Of a stretch of 60,892 nt of DNA, positions 28,901-39,100 are shown piece by piece. The stretch lies in IMG/VR virus record IMGVR_UViG_3300005529_000040, positions 1-60,892 of that record, one strand, 5' to 3'. The stretch is from a virus (taxonomy: Duplodnaviria; Caudoviricetes). The first letter of the stretch is position 1, and every line of letters begins with the position of its first letter. The position numbers and the translations under genes are program-made. The notes under the pieces are model-generated. The model was given only the letters and a program-made list of their open reading frames with translations, ran no database searches and was not told where the DNA came from.

Positions 28901-29073
28901 ATCACCTGAGGAATGGAAGGCACTCGTTCTTGCAGAGCTTCAAAGGCACGAGGAATGGCAGTCTCAGTCGGCTCGTTCCCGGGAGTCAATCCGATCGGAA
29001 TCGGAGGCGCAGCAGGCTGCTCTGGATCATCCCACGATCCGCCGGCACCACTAAGTTGTTTCTGCGGAGGCAT
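25978..29073 (-). CDS. Large polyvalent internal virion/ejection protein
   Basis: 1031 aa; ART-like segment (YH.S, G.Y, GYDG) and HhH-glycosylase-like segment (WY, A.TSP, T.D.W, QAAIW). Confidence 0.65.
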   Translation of the reverse strand: MPPQKQLSGAGGSWDDPEQPAAPPIPIGLTPGNEPTETAIPRAFEALQERVPSIPQVIHNALFPGQGDDTYVPTSEDENRSQADVLKDAFGAAKHTYGTKAGLKDLGRAATKGAVSTLSSFQPTKYEEQLRQGDYAGAITGAGADAAQTAIAYAAHEPQARLAGEHPAVGQAALESHLTAGGSTFDPRTGKNLTGSNNWAVSVAPEHTVVSTKPFTPEQYNDFVAQHRDLLARNPNLQVGTWADPTGLHYLDITATTPNKQAAAQMGQQMNQKAIYHLGRGEELPTGGSGEPVHSPFSVDFRAQALAAATPAKKPFVGYHLSNEKLDYIDGRRRGIAQKETGMPVGQEGARLNVGTQFGVGQDAPAGFYAYSAGTRPEPAIAGRKYSHEVRGNFALADITDPKWNDAAQSVYQDAFNKTGNDTIAQYAATNAKELAIRDAGYDGYTAPGTGINFFFDGQQTQLVGAPNKAAELPAGKLAAEAGLARASVQRKGLGGAAAEAPAQTGTDVASPWGNLQHDAEAQKRARTELGPDASTSDFLRRSQEIKQELMQQGGHAGNGVASEEEINRPGNNFLIDKTGKLTFHGKSFAPEETPAGGAHVTVMPDGQYRLNAGVLNGPMQNSLSNAAKELGIQHLRPAESSSVQTTGAAFPGEEASKVPNGDPLSLLTDKEREQATSKRLGNQFAQILRKLPEVHDFEAAARKGAVGKTWYQRSIDAFDAMRKLAPDYFQPEDADRWANVVAATSPQQGVPLNLREALTFWKDWHDAGRPTTISEIQKAMRNGDIRPLTNQPSKLPNLVRALNDQDILEDRNRNFKVGNFGKNLSNTFGNVTLDSWMGNFAGVNEKQMAKPQFYHALALRTRQAAQKLGWEPAEAQAAIWTFTKTLAEMSGWKSSGGTYYRPTDMLERLTPDKMKAYSNDFADIMRTDPEVRGKLSELGVDLNELDKRLKNVTPKPAGEAIKGADQEALARSLRRNAARIGKAQRGLEGFTDYRRPPAQSELDLGSPEDGDTSFSFGGPLADAVKAGRVK

Positions 29074-30815
29074 TATTTACTCGACTCTCTCTTGACTGTT
29101 TTTTCAAACAACTTTCCTTGCTTCGGAATTCGCCCTTTTGGAAAATCTTCCTTCCGGCTGGGGCTCAGAAGTTCCTGTTCTGGAGCAGCCGGTTTGATTT
29201 CAGACGGCCGCACAAACTGAGGCGGTGTCTGTAGCGAAGGCTGATATGGAATGACCGGCGGTGGGCCACTGGGTTGGCCAATTGGCTCAACGTTTGAACC
29301 CAAAGGAATCGCAGTCGGTCCGCCAGGACCAACACGCTGCACAGAAGGACCACCGGCGGGCAGGAGGCCAGCAATAGGACGTGCGCCGGAGCCAACCGCA
29401 CGGTTGGGAGTGGCGCCACTTTGCGCCAACTTTTCAAATCCAGACTGAAGTGCGTCCCCGATGTTCACATTTGCGACGGCAGACTGACTCGCGCCGGCAA
29501 GCCCAGAAACGTTTCCACGAATGATGTCCCAGGCATGCATCGCTTTTTGTATGTACGGAACTCGTCGCTGGAGTTCCGCCATATTCATCCGAGCCTGGAG
29601 CTGATCACGTACTGAACTGAGTGCAGCGTAGCGTCGTTCGTATTCACGAATCCCGCCTTCTCCACGCTGCGAAAGCGTGTCAGAAATTTTGTTCCCGAGC
29701 TCTTGGTCCAAAGCTTTGAGCGAAGCCAAACGACGCTGCGTCGCGGCGCTCGCGGCACGATCAGAAGGTGTCATGCTTTCGAAATCACGCAATGCGGAGT
29801 TCACGGTGCGAGCAAGCTGATCGGTCTCAGCAAGTGACAGAACTCCCTGCTGAGCTTTCGCAGCCAGAGCCCGGTCCGCTACAGTGCCAGCCGTCTTTGA
29901 TAAGAAGTTCAGTCCATTCGAGGCGTCAGCACCCACTTGCATGCTGACGGGAACGGCTGCGTTACGGGCAATCTGCGGGGCACGCTCAGTGTTGTACATC
30001 TGCGAGAGGTGGTCATTGATGCCTTGGACTGTCGCGCGCACACGCATATCGGGGCGGAGCATTCCGCCCTTCGCGTCATTCAAATTGAGCTTCTGACCGA
30101 TCTCGTTTAGGTCACCGGCCGCTGCATAAAGATTCGCGCGGAACCCTGGATCACTGCCTACGGGCGCCGCCGCCCTAAAGATGTGTTCAACGCCGTCAAC
30201 CGCTGCCGGATGTAAAGATGCAGCTTCAGGAATGACTGAAGCCTGGGGAGTGCGTGTGGCGGCTGAATAAGCTGCTTTTACACCGCGAGCCGCAGTAGAA
30301 AGCGCTTTCGGCGCGACTGCTGCCCCGGCTGCTGTGCCAGCACTTTCGGGAGCAACCGAAAGAATATCGTCTTCCATATTGCTGCGCTCATCAGGCGAGG
30401 CGTTTGCGAATTTTTTCCAGTAAGAGACAGCGTTCAAAACAGGCTGCACAGCCAGACGATCGATAACTCGGCCCGTCGGCCCAATTTTGGTTTCGAAGCC
30501 TTTGCCGAACTGCTGACTTTCTTCTGGAGTCTCAGGATCTGCCGCAGCGTGGTAAATCTGTTTTCCCGCGGTGATCGGATTCAACATTGATCCCGCTGCA
30601 CTGAGTTCGCGTTTGAACGTGTCGTTTGAAGCAGCATCACCTCCGGTGTAGCGATCAAACGCACTCGGCTCTTGCTGTGCAGCTGCCGCATGAATCGGAG
30701 TGGTCGCCGGCGTAGGTGGGGCAGACTGCTGCTGCATCATGAACGAATCAGGAGTCAATGAAGAGCCCTGTTTCGCCATGAACTCGTCTGGCGTTAATTG
30801 CGAACCATTTGCCAT
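29073..30815 (-). CDS. Internal virion/DNA ejection protein
   Basis: Ala-rich and helical; N-terminal LTPD.FM repeat; position in the late arm. Confidence 0.6.
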   Translation of the reverse strand: MANGSQLTPDEFMAKQGSSLTPDSFMMQQQSAPPTPATTPIHAAAAQQEPSAFDRYTGGDAASNDTFKRELSAAGSMLNPITAGKQIYHAAADPETPEESQQFGKGFETKIGPTGRVIDRLAVQPVLNAVSYWKKFANASPDERSNMEDDILSVAPESAGTAAGAAVAPKALSTAARGVKAAYSAATRTPQASVIPEAASLHPAAVDGVEHIFRAAAPVGSDPGFRANLYAAAGDLNEIGQKLNLNDAKGGMLRPDMRVRATVQGINDHLSQMYNTERAPQIARNAAVPVSMQVGADASNGLNFLSKTAGTVADRALAAKAQQGVLSLAETDQLARTVNSALRDFESMTPSDRAASAATQRRLASLKALDQELGNKISDTLSQRGEGGIREYERRYAALSSVRDQLQARMNMAELQRRVPYIQKAMHAWDIIRGNVSGLAGASQSAVANVNIGDALQSGFEKLAQSGATPNRAVGSGARPIAGLLPAGGPSVQRVGPGGPTAIPLGSNVEPIGQPSGPPPVIPYQPSLQTPPQFVRPSEIKPAAPEQELLSPSRKEDFPKGRIPKQGKLFEKTVKRESSK

Positions 30816-30827
30816 CTTGACACAGCC

Positions 30828-32537
30828 TTACTTATTGATCTGGTAGCCAGCGTCTGTGAATTCTCTCGTCGCTTGCTGCACAGAAATGCCTTTAGCAGCG
30901 GCGTACTGGCGAACGTGCTCAGTCGTAGCTGTTTTGGGAGCGCCGCCGGAGGTGTTGCCAGAACTCGATGTTTTGCCTTTGATCTTTGGAATGCCTTTTT
31001 CAAGGTTATTGACCATGTTGTCAAAGGCGTCAAGTTGGGTGATCATCATGTCTCGATTGCCACTTCGCATGCTCGGTAACGTAGCCAGAATCGCACCGCG
31101 CAATTTGTCTGACGCAGCACCCATTCCAGCAATATTACGAAGAGACATAGCACGTTCTTGCAGTTGCGCCATCCAGGTCACAAATCTTTGCTGATCAGGA
31201 GTAAGCCGATCAGTCCCGATTATCGTGTCAACCTCGTTTTGAAAAATTGATGGATCATCAGTCGCACGCGCCGCCATTGTGAATTTGGCAATGGTGTCCG
31301 CACTAAGAGGAGTTTCCAGCTGACCAATTGCAGTCCGCATGTTTCTAGACGCAACACGGATGTCATTCATTTGAGCTTCGGCGCTGATTGCCTTCGCACC
31401 GGCTCCCGCAGGCGCAGCGCCCTGAGCAATTGCGTTGCCGGCGGTCATCCATGAAAGATTGCCTTCAGGATCTATAGACTGCACAGGACGAAGCATGGCG
31501 TACATCTGCGCGCGTGCGACTGACGGTCCAACGGCCGCGACCTGGTGAATCTTGTTGCCAATGCGATCAAGGGCCCACATTCCGTCTTGTCCAAGATCTT
31601 TGATCGTGATGCCCTTCGCCTGGAGCACTTTGCCGATCTGTTGATATTGCTGAGCGCTGACCTTCTGGCCAGACATCGTCGGATCACCAGCGACCGCAGC
31701 CACCCACGGATCGACTTCGAACCGGCCAAGCAGCATGTCGCGCACTTTGTCGGTTTGGGCATCATTCAAACCCATCTTTGACATTTGCAAGCGGAATTTG
31801 GACCCGAGCTCGGGATCAGCTAAGATCTCGGGCTCGGTTAAGGAACGAAACCCACTCGAGGGATCGTTCGGATTGTTGAGCGTGTACCCGTACCGGCGCA
31901 TGTCGCCCATCATCTTGCTCTGTGCAGTATCAGCTTTCTGTTGATTGATTTCGTTCGCTTGTTCTTTCGTGCCGATCATTGCAGCGCGCCAGGCGGCTTC
32001 GTTTCCAAGCTGCATACGGCGCATTGCCAGCTCGCGATCGAGAGGCGTGCCGAAATTCTGTTCGTAAGCATCGCTGGCATGACTAAGAAAGCGACTCAGC
32101 GCTCCGAGTTTGGCTTCGGGAGTGAGCGGCCCGGTGTAAGGTTGCCCAGGCTTCGGCTGCGCGGCGGTCATCCCTGTCACGCGAGACAGTATGCTCAAGA
32201 ACTTATTTTTCGGTCCCTGCGGAGCGAGAGACGGGAAAGAGCCGTCACTTTCAGACTGCACAGGAGGGAGGGACGATGACGCGTCTGTCTTGATCTCAGG
32301 AGGCGTGGGATCTTGATCACCGCTGGGAATCTGGCTTGTTGCCGGGGGTCCGACTTTGGGCGCATTGAGGGCCGGAATTGGACCGATTGTGCTGGAGCTC
32401 AGCCCTTGGCTCCCAGAGCTTCCTCCATCGTCGGCAGCTCCAGTGTTGGGAGCATCGACATCAACATCTTCTTGCGAACCGCGGGTCAGTTGGCCGCGCA
32501 GCGCATTGAACTTTGCTAAGAGTGGATTTTGCGCCAC
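30828..32537 (-). CDS. Internal virion/DNA ejection protein
   Basis: Disordered N-terminus, helical body, GA.S...LP C-terminal pattern. Confidence 0.6.
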   Translation of the reverse strand: MAQNPLLAKFNALRGQLTRGSQEDVDVDAPNTGAADDGGSSGSQGLSSSTIGPIPALNAPKVGPPATSQIPSGDQDPTPPEIKTDASSSLPPVQSESDGSFPSLAPQGPKNKFLSILSRVTGMTAAQPKPGQPYTGPLTPEAKLGALSRFLSHASDAYEQNFGTPLDRELAMRRMQLGNEAAWRAAMIGTKEQANEINQQKADTAQSKMMGDMRRYGYTLNNPNDPSSGFRSLTEPEILADPELGSKFRLQMSKMGLNDAQTDKVRDMLLGRFEVDPWVAAVAGDPTMSGQKVSAQQYQQIGKVLQAKGITIKDLGQDGMWALDRIGNKIHQVAAVGPSVARAQMYAMLRPVQSIDPEGNLSWMTAGNAIAQGAAPAGAGAKAISAEAQMNDIRVASRNMRTAIGQLETPLSADTIAKFTMAARATDDPSIFQNEVDTIIGTDRLTPDQQRFVTWMAQLQERAMSLRNIAGMGAASDKLRGAILATLPSMRSGNRDMMITQLDAFDNMVNNLEKGIPKIKGKTSSSGNTSGGAPKTATTEHVRQYAAAKGISVQQATREFTDAGYQINK

Positions 32538-32553
32538 CTGAACACTTCCCTTC

Positions 32554-33108
32554 TTATACGGCAGCGATTGCGCCTATTTTTGCGGCAGTACCGATACCCT
32601 TCATTACGTTGCCAAAACCAGAAGTTGCGCCCATTGCAGTTTCAGCCTGTCCGCCTTTCATCTGTTCGTCGATAGCCGGTAGCGGGCTGTAGAGCTGCTG
32701 CTGTTCCTGGTTGTATTTCACTCCTTGAAGGCCCAGGCCAAGCTGGTTATTCACTTGCTGCCCGTATGCATTCGTTGTGGCTTCGCCGGCGTTGCGGTTC
32801 GCGCTGTTGATCAGTGATGCAGACATGCCACTTGGAGCAACGCCCATGCCACGCGCCGCCAACCCCTTCTGTGCAGCTGCCACGGTGTCGCCATAGGCCT
32901 TCCCGATTTGCTCTTTTTCTTGCCCGAATTGCTCTTTGAGATACGGATTCAATCCACCATTGGACGGCAGCGCGAAAAGTTTGTTCGCAGCTGCATCTCC
33001 AGCTCCGCGATAGCTGTTCTGCAGTCCTGTGTAAGATTTGGCCAAATTGCCGGCGGTATTCGTTGCGCTTTTTACAGCATCGAGCCCTGGCGAAGAGAAA
33101 AAGCCCAT
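32554..33108 (-). CDS. DNA pilot/ejection protein
   Basis: MGFFS start, Gly/Ala/Gln-rich, LAARGM motif. Confidence 0.65.
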   Translation of the reverse strand: MGFFSSPGLDAVKSATNTAGNLAKSYTGLQNSYRGAGDAAANKLFALPSNGGLNPYLKEQFGQEKEQIGKAYGDTVAAAQKGLAARGMGVAPSGMSASLINSANRNAGEATTNAYGQQVNNQLGLGLQGVKYNQEQQQLYSPLPAIDEQMKGGQAETAMGATSGFGNVMKGIGTAAKIGAIAAV

Positions 33109-33153
33109 AAGACACGTCCTGGTCAATATTTTACAGGAATTTATCGGGGTGGA

Positions 33154-34608
33154 TTACGCTAATTGCTCGACAGCGTATCCCAAGCTATATTGCATGCTGG
33201 TGGCGCCACTACTAGCATAGCCTGCCGATGTGACAGTTACGTTCGATCCATTTGTGTGGATTACAATTGAAAAAGGTGTCGTGACCGCCGTCGTGTTGGT
33301 GGTGGATGTTGCGACCAGAACCGCGGTTCTCGCGATTCCGCCGGCATCGGTCCAACTCAGCGTCAGCGATGGCATTGTGCTGCTGGTCGTAGCGGCACGA
33401 TTGATCGACTGGACCCCAGAGACACGGAAGACACTTCCAGCGGTCGGGGATGTGATAAGTGTCTTTGCTGCACCTGCGTTGTAATTGGCAGTGAGAGCTG
33501 TCTGCGAATCGGTGGCATAGACCGGAGTCACCCCGATTCCCACAGTCGCCTTGTTGTTGTACGTCGTAACTTTTGCGAGGAGTGTTAAGTTGCCGCTGTC
33601 ATTGATGGAAGCAACTGCTGTGTCTGTAGCAGTAACTCGTTTGGCAAATTCCAAGCGCCAGCCGGTTCCGTCCCCTACATAAATTCTCCCCACAACAGGA
33701 GATCCGAAATTGCCCGCCATCTGGAAATTCGTGCCGCCGTTTGCTGCGAGGCCAGTGTTGCCGGTAAAAATTAGGGCACCAGTCATCGACATGTGCCCAT
33801 CAGCATTGACCGTAAACTGTCCGTCGAGAGAGCTTGTTCCCTGCCCATTGGCGAAAATAGTAATGCCGCCGGCGTCGGTTGCGGTGCTTCCTGTTTTGCA
33901 CTTGATGGCACCTCGAGAGGTTGAACCGTCCCCTTGGAAAATAATCTGACCACCCGCACTATTTCCTGAACTGGCGTTGCTAAAAACAATTAGGTCTTCG
34001 CCCATTCCATTGCCGCTGCCTGATATATTTAGCCGCGCGTTTCCTGTAGCATCGCCAATTGCTAGCGTATACGTGCCTGTCAAAGAAAGGGAGGGATTTG
34101 TGTTCAAAACAACGCTCCCTGAGCCGGTCACGCCGTTTGACAAATCCGAGGCTGCAAGCTGGCCGACGGTGATAGCAGCGCCAGCGGACAACTGCTTCAA
34201 CACTTGAGACGCACCGCCAGTTGCGGATAGATCAGCGTTCGTTCCTCCACGAGCCAGCGCAAGCTGCCCTGTCGTGATCTTGGACGCATCCAGGTTCGGG
34301 ATATCCGCAGCAACCAACGATCGAAAAGTTGGAGCCGCAGCTACGCCTGTCGTGGGTCCCGCAAGAATTTGATTTGCAGACTGCGATAGAAGAGAAGGCG
34401 CCAGTGTTCCCGAAGTCGTAATTGGAGATCCTGGCACAACCGCGTTAAAAATAACGCCATCTCCAGTCATCGCAACAGAAGAAACACCTCCCCCGCCGCC
34501 GCCCGTAAGGTTCACGGTCGCGACACCGTTAGCTACAGAAACCGACGAAACTCCTGAAGGGAAATCGAGTTCGTTGATTCCGTTTAGGTTGAGTTTGAGC
34601 GTCGCCAT
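33154..34608 (-). CDS. Tail fibre protein
   Basis: PITTSGTL, APTFRSLVAADIPNLDASKITTG and GGT fibre repeats. Confidence 0.8.
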   Translation of the reverse strand: MATLKLNLNGINELDFPSGVSSVSVANGVATVNLTGGGGGGVSSVAMTGDGVIFNAVVPGSPITTSGTLAPSLLSQSANQILAGPTTGVAAAPTFRSLVAADIPNLDASKITTGQLALARGGTNADLSATGGASQVLKQLSAGAAITVGQLAASDLSNGVTGSGSVVLNTNPSLSLTGTYTLAIGDATGNARLNISGSGNGMGEDLIVFSNASSGNSAGGQIIFQGDGSTSRGAIKCKTGSTATDAGGITIFANGQGTSSLDGQFTVNADGHMSMTGALIFTGNTGLAANGGTNFQMAGNFGSPVVGRIYVGDGTGWRLEFAKRVTATDTAVASINDSGNLTLLAKVTTYNNKATVGIGVTPVYATDSQTALTANYNAGAAKTLITSPTAGSVFRVSGVQSINRAATTSSTMPSLTLSWTDAGGIARTAVLVATSTTNTTAVTTPFSIVIHTNGSNVTVTSAGYASSGATSMQYSLGYAVEQLA

Positions 34609-34609
34609 A

Positions 34610-35089
34610 CTACTGAACTTGTTCGAGCACTAAATGCAACGCGTATTGCATCGGCGTCGCACCGGAGGTCGCATAACCAGACGTCGCATACTGAATGTTC
34701 GTTCCAGTTTTTGCGCTGATCACGGTCGATGCCTGAGCAAACGTCGTCAGCAAGTTGCCGCCACTCGTCGCCGTGATATCCAACGACTGTGCAGTGTTGT
34801 TGTCTGGATCAGTCCAGGTCAACGTGATCTTCGGCAAAGTAGACGAGCTCGTTGCAACCTGACTCACAATGATGTACGCCATGACCCGATAGCGGCCTGA
34901 TGCGGTCAAGGCCAGCAACGTCGTAGCCGCAATGTTCGCCCCTTGCGCAGTGAGATCGACCTTAGCAACCTCCGCGAGAGAAGCCGGCACGTTTCCAGAA
35001 ACGTTTCCGCTTCCGTCTTGCTGCCAGGCTACGTTGACGTGCAGCGCGTCTGGAGCTGCTGGGGTTGAATTAGATAAATTGACCGCCAC
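34610..35089 (-). CDS. Fibre-associated protein, paralogous to the C-terminal domain of 33154-34608
   Basis: GGAGG RBS with GTG start; shared SST.P..TL.WTD and SGAT.MQY.L..EQ. Confidence 0.7.
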   Translation of the reverse strand: MAVNLSNSTPAAPDALHVNVAWQQDGSGNVSGNVPASLAEVAKVDLTAQGANIAATTLLALTASGRYRVMAYIIVSQVATSSSTLPKITLTWTDPDNNTAQSLDITATSGGNLLTTFAQASTVISAKTGTNIQYATSGYATSGATPMQYALHLVLEQVQ

Positions 35090-35111
35090 AAAAATGTCCT
35101 CCCTTTTAAGT

Positions 35112-36188
35112 TTACACACCATTAACCAAGATCTTTTTCGTCACGTTCACGCTGACTTCGTAGTCATAGCTCACTGGAAAGTTGTTCACCTGCACGCTGA
35201 CGTTTCGCGCAGGCTGCACAGAACGATTCACGTTGAACGCCGCCACTCGGGACTCGAGATTGGACTGGGCGTTCACGAACACATCGAAGTCGTCGCTGAT
35301 CGGGATGCCGTTGAGTTTGACGGTGCTCCAGAGCGTCATGGGTACGAGCGTGCCGGTGGCATCCAGCACGAAGAGCTGGCCGAGCGCGGGCGCGGTGGGC
35401 GACACCGGCGTGGTCTGCAGATTCGTGGCGTCGATCACGCCAGGGTCCGCCGGGTCCACATCGATCGACGCACCCCCACCCACTACCATCTGTGCAGACA
35501 GATTTTCCCCACTCCCGATCTGATCGAAGGTTACGGCGGTCGTGGTTGACGGTGTGCTTGAGCCAGAGCCAGCGTTTCCTATTGAGGCAGTTCCGCCGGC
35601 CGTTCCTGCGCCGCCGACGCGCCCCAGAGAAGTCTTGAACGCCGATTGCAAGCCATAATTTCCAAATCTCGCAAGCGAACGGGTTTTCGACGTAGTGTAT
35701 TTGTCCTGCACAGTCGTTGGGATCGTGTTTGTGTCGTTCGAGTCAATCGAAGTGTGTGCGACAACGCCACTCTCAGGGCCTCGCGCCGACTGCGGATTCG
35801 AAGGCGTTCCGGCTGTGGTTCGAATTCGGTAGCTGACTGTTTTAGAATTGCCATCCGTCGAATCAAAATAGCTCGACTGGGCGGCGTTCGTGATGGGAAT
35901 CACCTCCAGGTCGTCGGTGAAGGTGCCGCTCGCAGATTTGAGGATTTCGTAACCGTCGGGGCTTCCGAGCGCGGTGTCGGACGGAGTCTGCACAGGAGAC
36001 CACGTGAGCTTGAGCCCGCCGCGCGCGCTCGTCACGCTGAAGTTGTACGGCGTCGGCGCCGGCAGGGAGTTTTTCACGGCCGTGCCGAGCTTCGCTTTCC
36101 AGTTTTGAAGTGTTCCAGCTAGATCCTGCGGGTTGATTGTCGGTAAGGAACGTCTCCGCGGAGCTGAGAACGGGAGGTGCTTGCTCAT
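35112..36188 (-). CDS. Virion protein with FN3-like domain
   Basis: P.P.NFSV...LTWS...GYEI...YFD...YRIRT. Confidence 0.6.
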   Translation of the reverse strand: MSKHLPFSAPRRRSLPTINPQDLAGTLQNWKAKLGTAVKNSLPAPTPYNFSVTSARGGLKLTWSPVQTPSDTALGSPDGYEILKSASGTFTDDLEVIPITNAAQSSYFDSTDGNSKTVSYRIRTTAGTPSNPQSARGPESGVVAHTSIDSNDTNTIPTTVQDKYTTSKTRSLARFGNYGLQSAFKTSLGRVGGAGTAGGTASIGNAGSGSSTPSTTTAVTFDQIGSGENLSAQMVVGGGASIDVDPADPGVIDATNLQTTPVSPTAPALGQLFVLDATGTLVPMTLWSTVKLNGIPISDDFDVFVNAQSNLESRVAAFNVNRSVQPARNVSVQVNNFPVSYDYEVSVNVTKKILVNGV

Positions 36189-39100
36189 TACACACCTCCA
36201 ACTTGATCACTGGGCAACAAACCAGGAGCGACATCAGCCGCGAGTTTGATTCCTCTGATAACGCCGGGGTTAGCGCTTGAGCGCGCCTGAATCTGAATAA
36301 GTAGGCGCTGACACACGGCACCACCTTCGCTGAAACCTCGATACCGATTGGCTCCCTTGGCCGGTTTTAGATAAAGCGGTTTGCCTGTTCCTGGGTTATC
36401 AACATCGATCGGATCCAGCCAGTACGTGATCGAAACGTCCTTAGCAAACGCTGCGGAATCGAACTCGAGCTCAAGATATCGGAACACATGCGCGTGCTCT
36501 GGATCGCCGAAGTCGATCAACGCTGTTTGGAACGTCGCCTGCGGATACGTTCCAGTTGTGTCGAACGTTCCAGTCTGATCGTCCACAACATAGACATAGC
36601 CGTCAGGCGCGCCTCCGATTAGAACCTGTTCACCTGGGCTGACTTCGAACATCGCCAGCGATGAAAAACCTCGCTGTAGCTGGAACCATCGTTGTGTAGT
36701 GAAGTCATAAACGAACGTGACATACGTAGTGTCTTTTTGTGGGAACGAAACAACCCACCAAGCTCGAATGTTGAAGAAATAAAATTCGCTTACGAATTCG
36801 TCCAAACGGGCAGGATCTCCAAGAGCGAATTTCTTTCGCATTGGCTTGCCAATTTCGGCAAGTTGTGACGTCGTGTCCATGATTTCGGTAATCCGTGTGG
36901 CATACACGCTCGAGGGATAAAGCATTCCGCGTCGATCGTAAGACATGAACGCTAATCCGTACGGAGTCGACTTCGAAGCAAAACGCCCTGCGCCACCTAG
37001 CGAGAACGCAACATGCTGCGCGATCGCGAAGTCATCAACGCTTTCGCCGTACAACGGATAACATTGCGTCTCACTGAACATATAGAGCGCGTCCATGTGC
37101 GACGTCAGAGCCCGAATGTGACGTGACTGGTCGGGATAACTGACCTCGTTCACCATGTCTGAGATTGTGTGCGCGTTCGCTCCAGGTACACACTGTGTAG
37201 GGTCGCCGTTGTTTCCGCTTGTCACTTCCTCGTTCGCAGTGAAGTTAAAGAAGAACGGCTGCGATTCACGCCGGCGCCATTGCCGTGTCTTGTGTACAGA
37301 GAGCAATTTGCTCGAAGGAGGCTGATCGTTTCGGACCGGCCGGTAGATAGGCAGATACGAATTTGTCGGATCGTCAATAAACGGAGACGAATCCCCGAAA
37401 GGAGTAGCAGATAGATCTTGCGTAACTGGAACCGACCCCAGATACTGACCAACTTTGCTTCCGTCCGTTTCGCTGGCGTAGACGTGCCAGTGTGTCGCGC
37501 GCGCATCGCAAATTACGGCACGGCCATTCGAAATACTTGCAGCAGCATTCGTCTGAAGCAGCAATGTGTTTCCTGGCGATGTCGCGGTGCCAGCATGAGT
37601 CTCAGCAACCCCACTCGTGTTAGTTAAAGTCAACGATCCGCTATCACTTGCTGTGCAGACGAAGGTTCCATTGTTGTTGCCATTGACGAATCCAGTAATG
37701 ACAAACACCTGCCCTACGAAAGCATTGCTTGCTCCCCCGGGGATCGTCCCGAGATATTTTGTCGTCACACCACCCACGTTATTCTGCACAGAGGCGAGAG
37801 AGAAGGTTTGTCCGCCGCCGACACCAGCGATCGTGCCAATGAGCGTTCCGTTGATGTACAGAACCTTTCCCACCATCTGGTTTTGTAGATCTGGGGAGGT
37901 AGGCCCTGGACTATCGGTGGACGCTGACCCTGTCACGTTTTTGCTTGCGGTGGAAGATGTGAACAATCCTGGTTGCTGATATACGTTGACTTTTGCTCCA
38001 GAAATTGAGCCGGTGATCTCGCTGTAGTCCGGCGAAGACGAACTTTCCGTCGCGCGGCCGGTGGTCTCGTCTGCGTTTGTGAACCAATAGTATTTCCCTA
38101 GGTTCGCGTTGATCTGGCCGGGGTTCGATCCAGTTCCAGGGATAGGCGTACTTCCGTTGACGAGAAACACGAGCTGTTGTTCGTGCTCCCACTGGCGATA
38201 GTTGATCTCGATGTTGTACGTGTCCGCGGACGGGAAATTTACGGTGAACGTGTCATTCCAGTTACCGCTTTTGTTGGTGCCGCCTCCGCGGTTGGGGATC
38301 GGGTAGCCCATGACTGCTGTGCGCGTCTGCCAGATGTTCTGCGAGGTGGTGCCACCCTGGAGCACCGGAGTGGCGCCAGTCGCCTGGCCGTTGTCGATCC
38401 CAAAAAACGCTCCATCGTCGTGCTGAAAAGCGATCGTGTACGTTCCTGGTTTCGAAATCTTGATGGAGAACACAACCGACATGCTGTAGTTTTCGGTGGC
38501 TCCGGCGAAAGGTGTCGTATAGCTGGCGATCGACCCGTCAGGATTGAGCGTTGCCCATTTCATCGGTTGAACGTTCGGGTCCGGACTGCCAGTCAGTTGT
38601 GGAGGGTTGAACATCGCACTATTGTTCGTCGCATGCAAGCCGCCCCCAGGGGCTGCAGTCGGAAAGTTCAAGTTGAAGTCTCCGTGGTGCGACGTATCAA
38701 AAGTGCTTAACAAATAAGCAGTCACAGGATCGGTATCGCCAGTTGGGTTGTCACCAAAGAACACAGTTGGAGACCCGGGGATGACGTTGATCGCAGGAAT
38801 GTTCATCGGGATGTCGAACCCAACGATCACCCAAGAGGTGCCATCGAAAAGCCAGTTGGACGCGCCGTCCGCAAGATAAAAACTGTTTTGCTGAGTAACA
38901 CATTGCGGTGCATCAGCCAACGTGCCAACTGCAGCGACGAGCGTCCACGTTCCTGAAACGTTCTGATAAAAATTGCAAGTCTTGGTCCCGACTATAGAGT
39001 TTGTGCGCGCGGCCGCGAACCAGAAATATTTATCCGTGCCGTCAGGCTGAGCCTGCACAAACTGATACAGGCCAACGACCGGGCCCGAGAGCGCCTGGTT

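Noticed and set aside
33154-35089. Diversity-generating retroelement TR/VR pair
   Set aside because: No reverse transcriptase, and the paralogy is diverged at protein level rather than adenine-specific.
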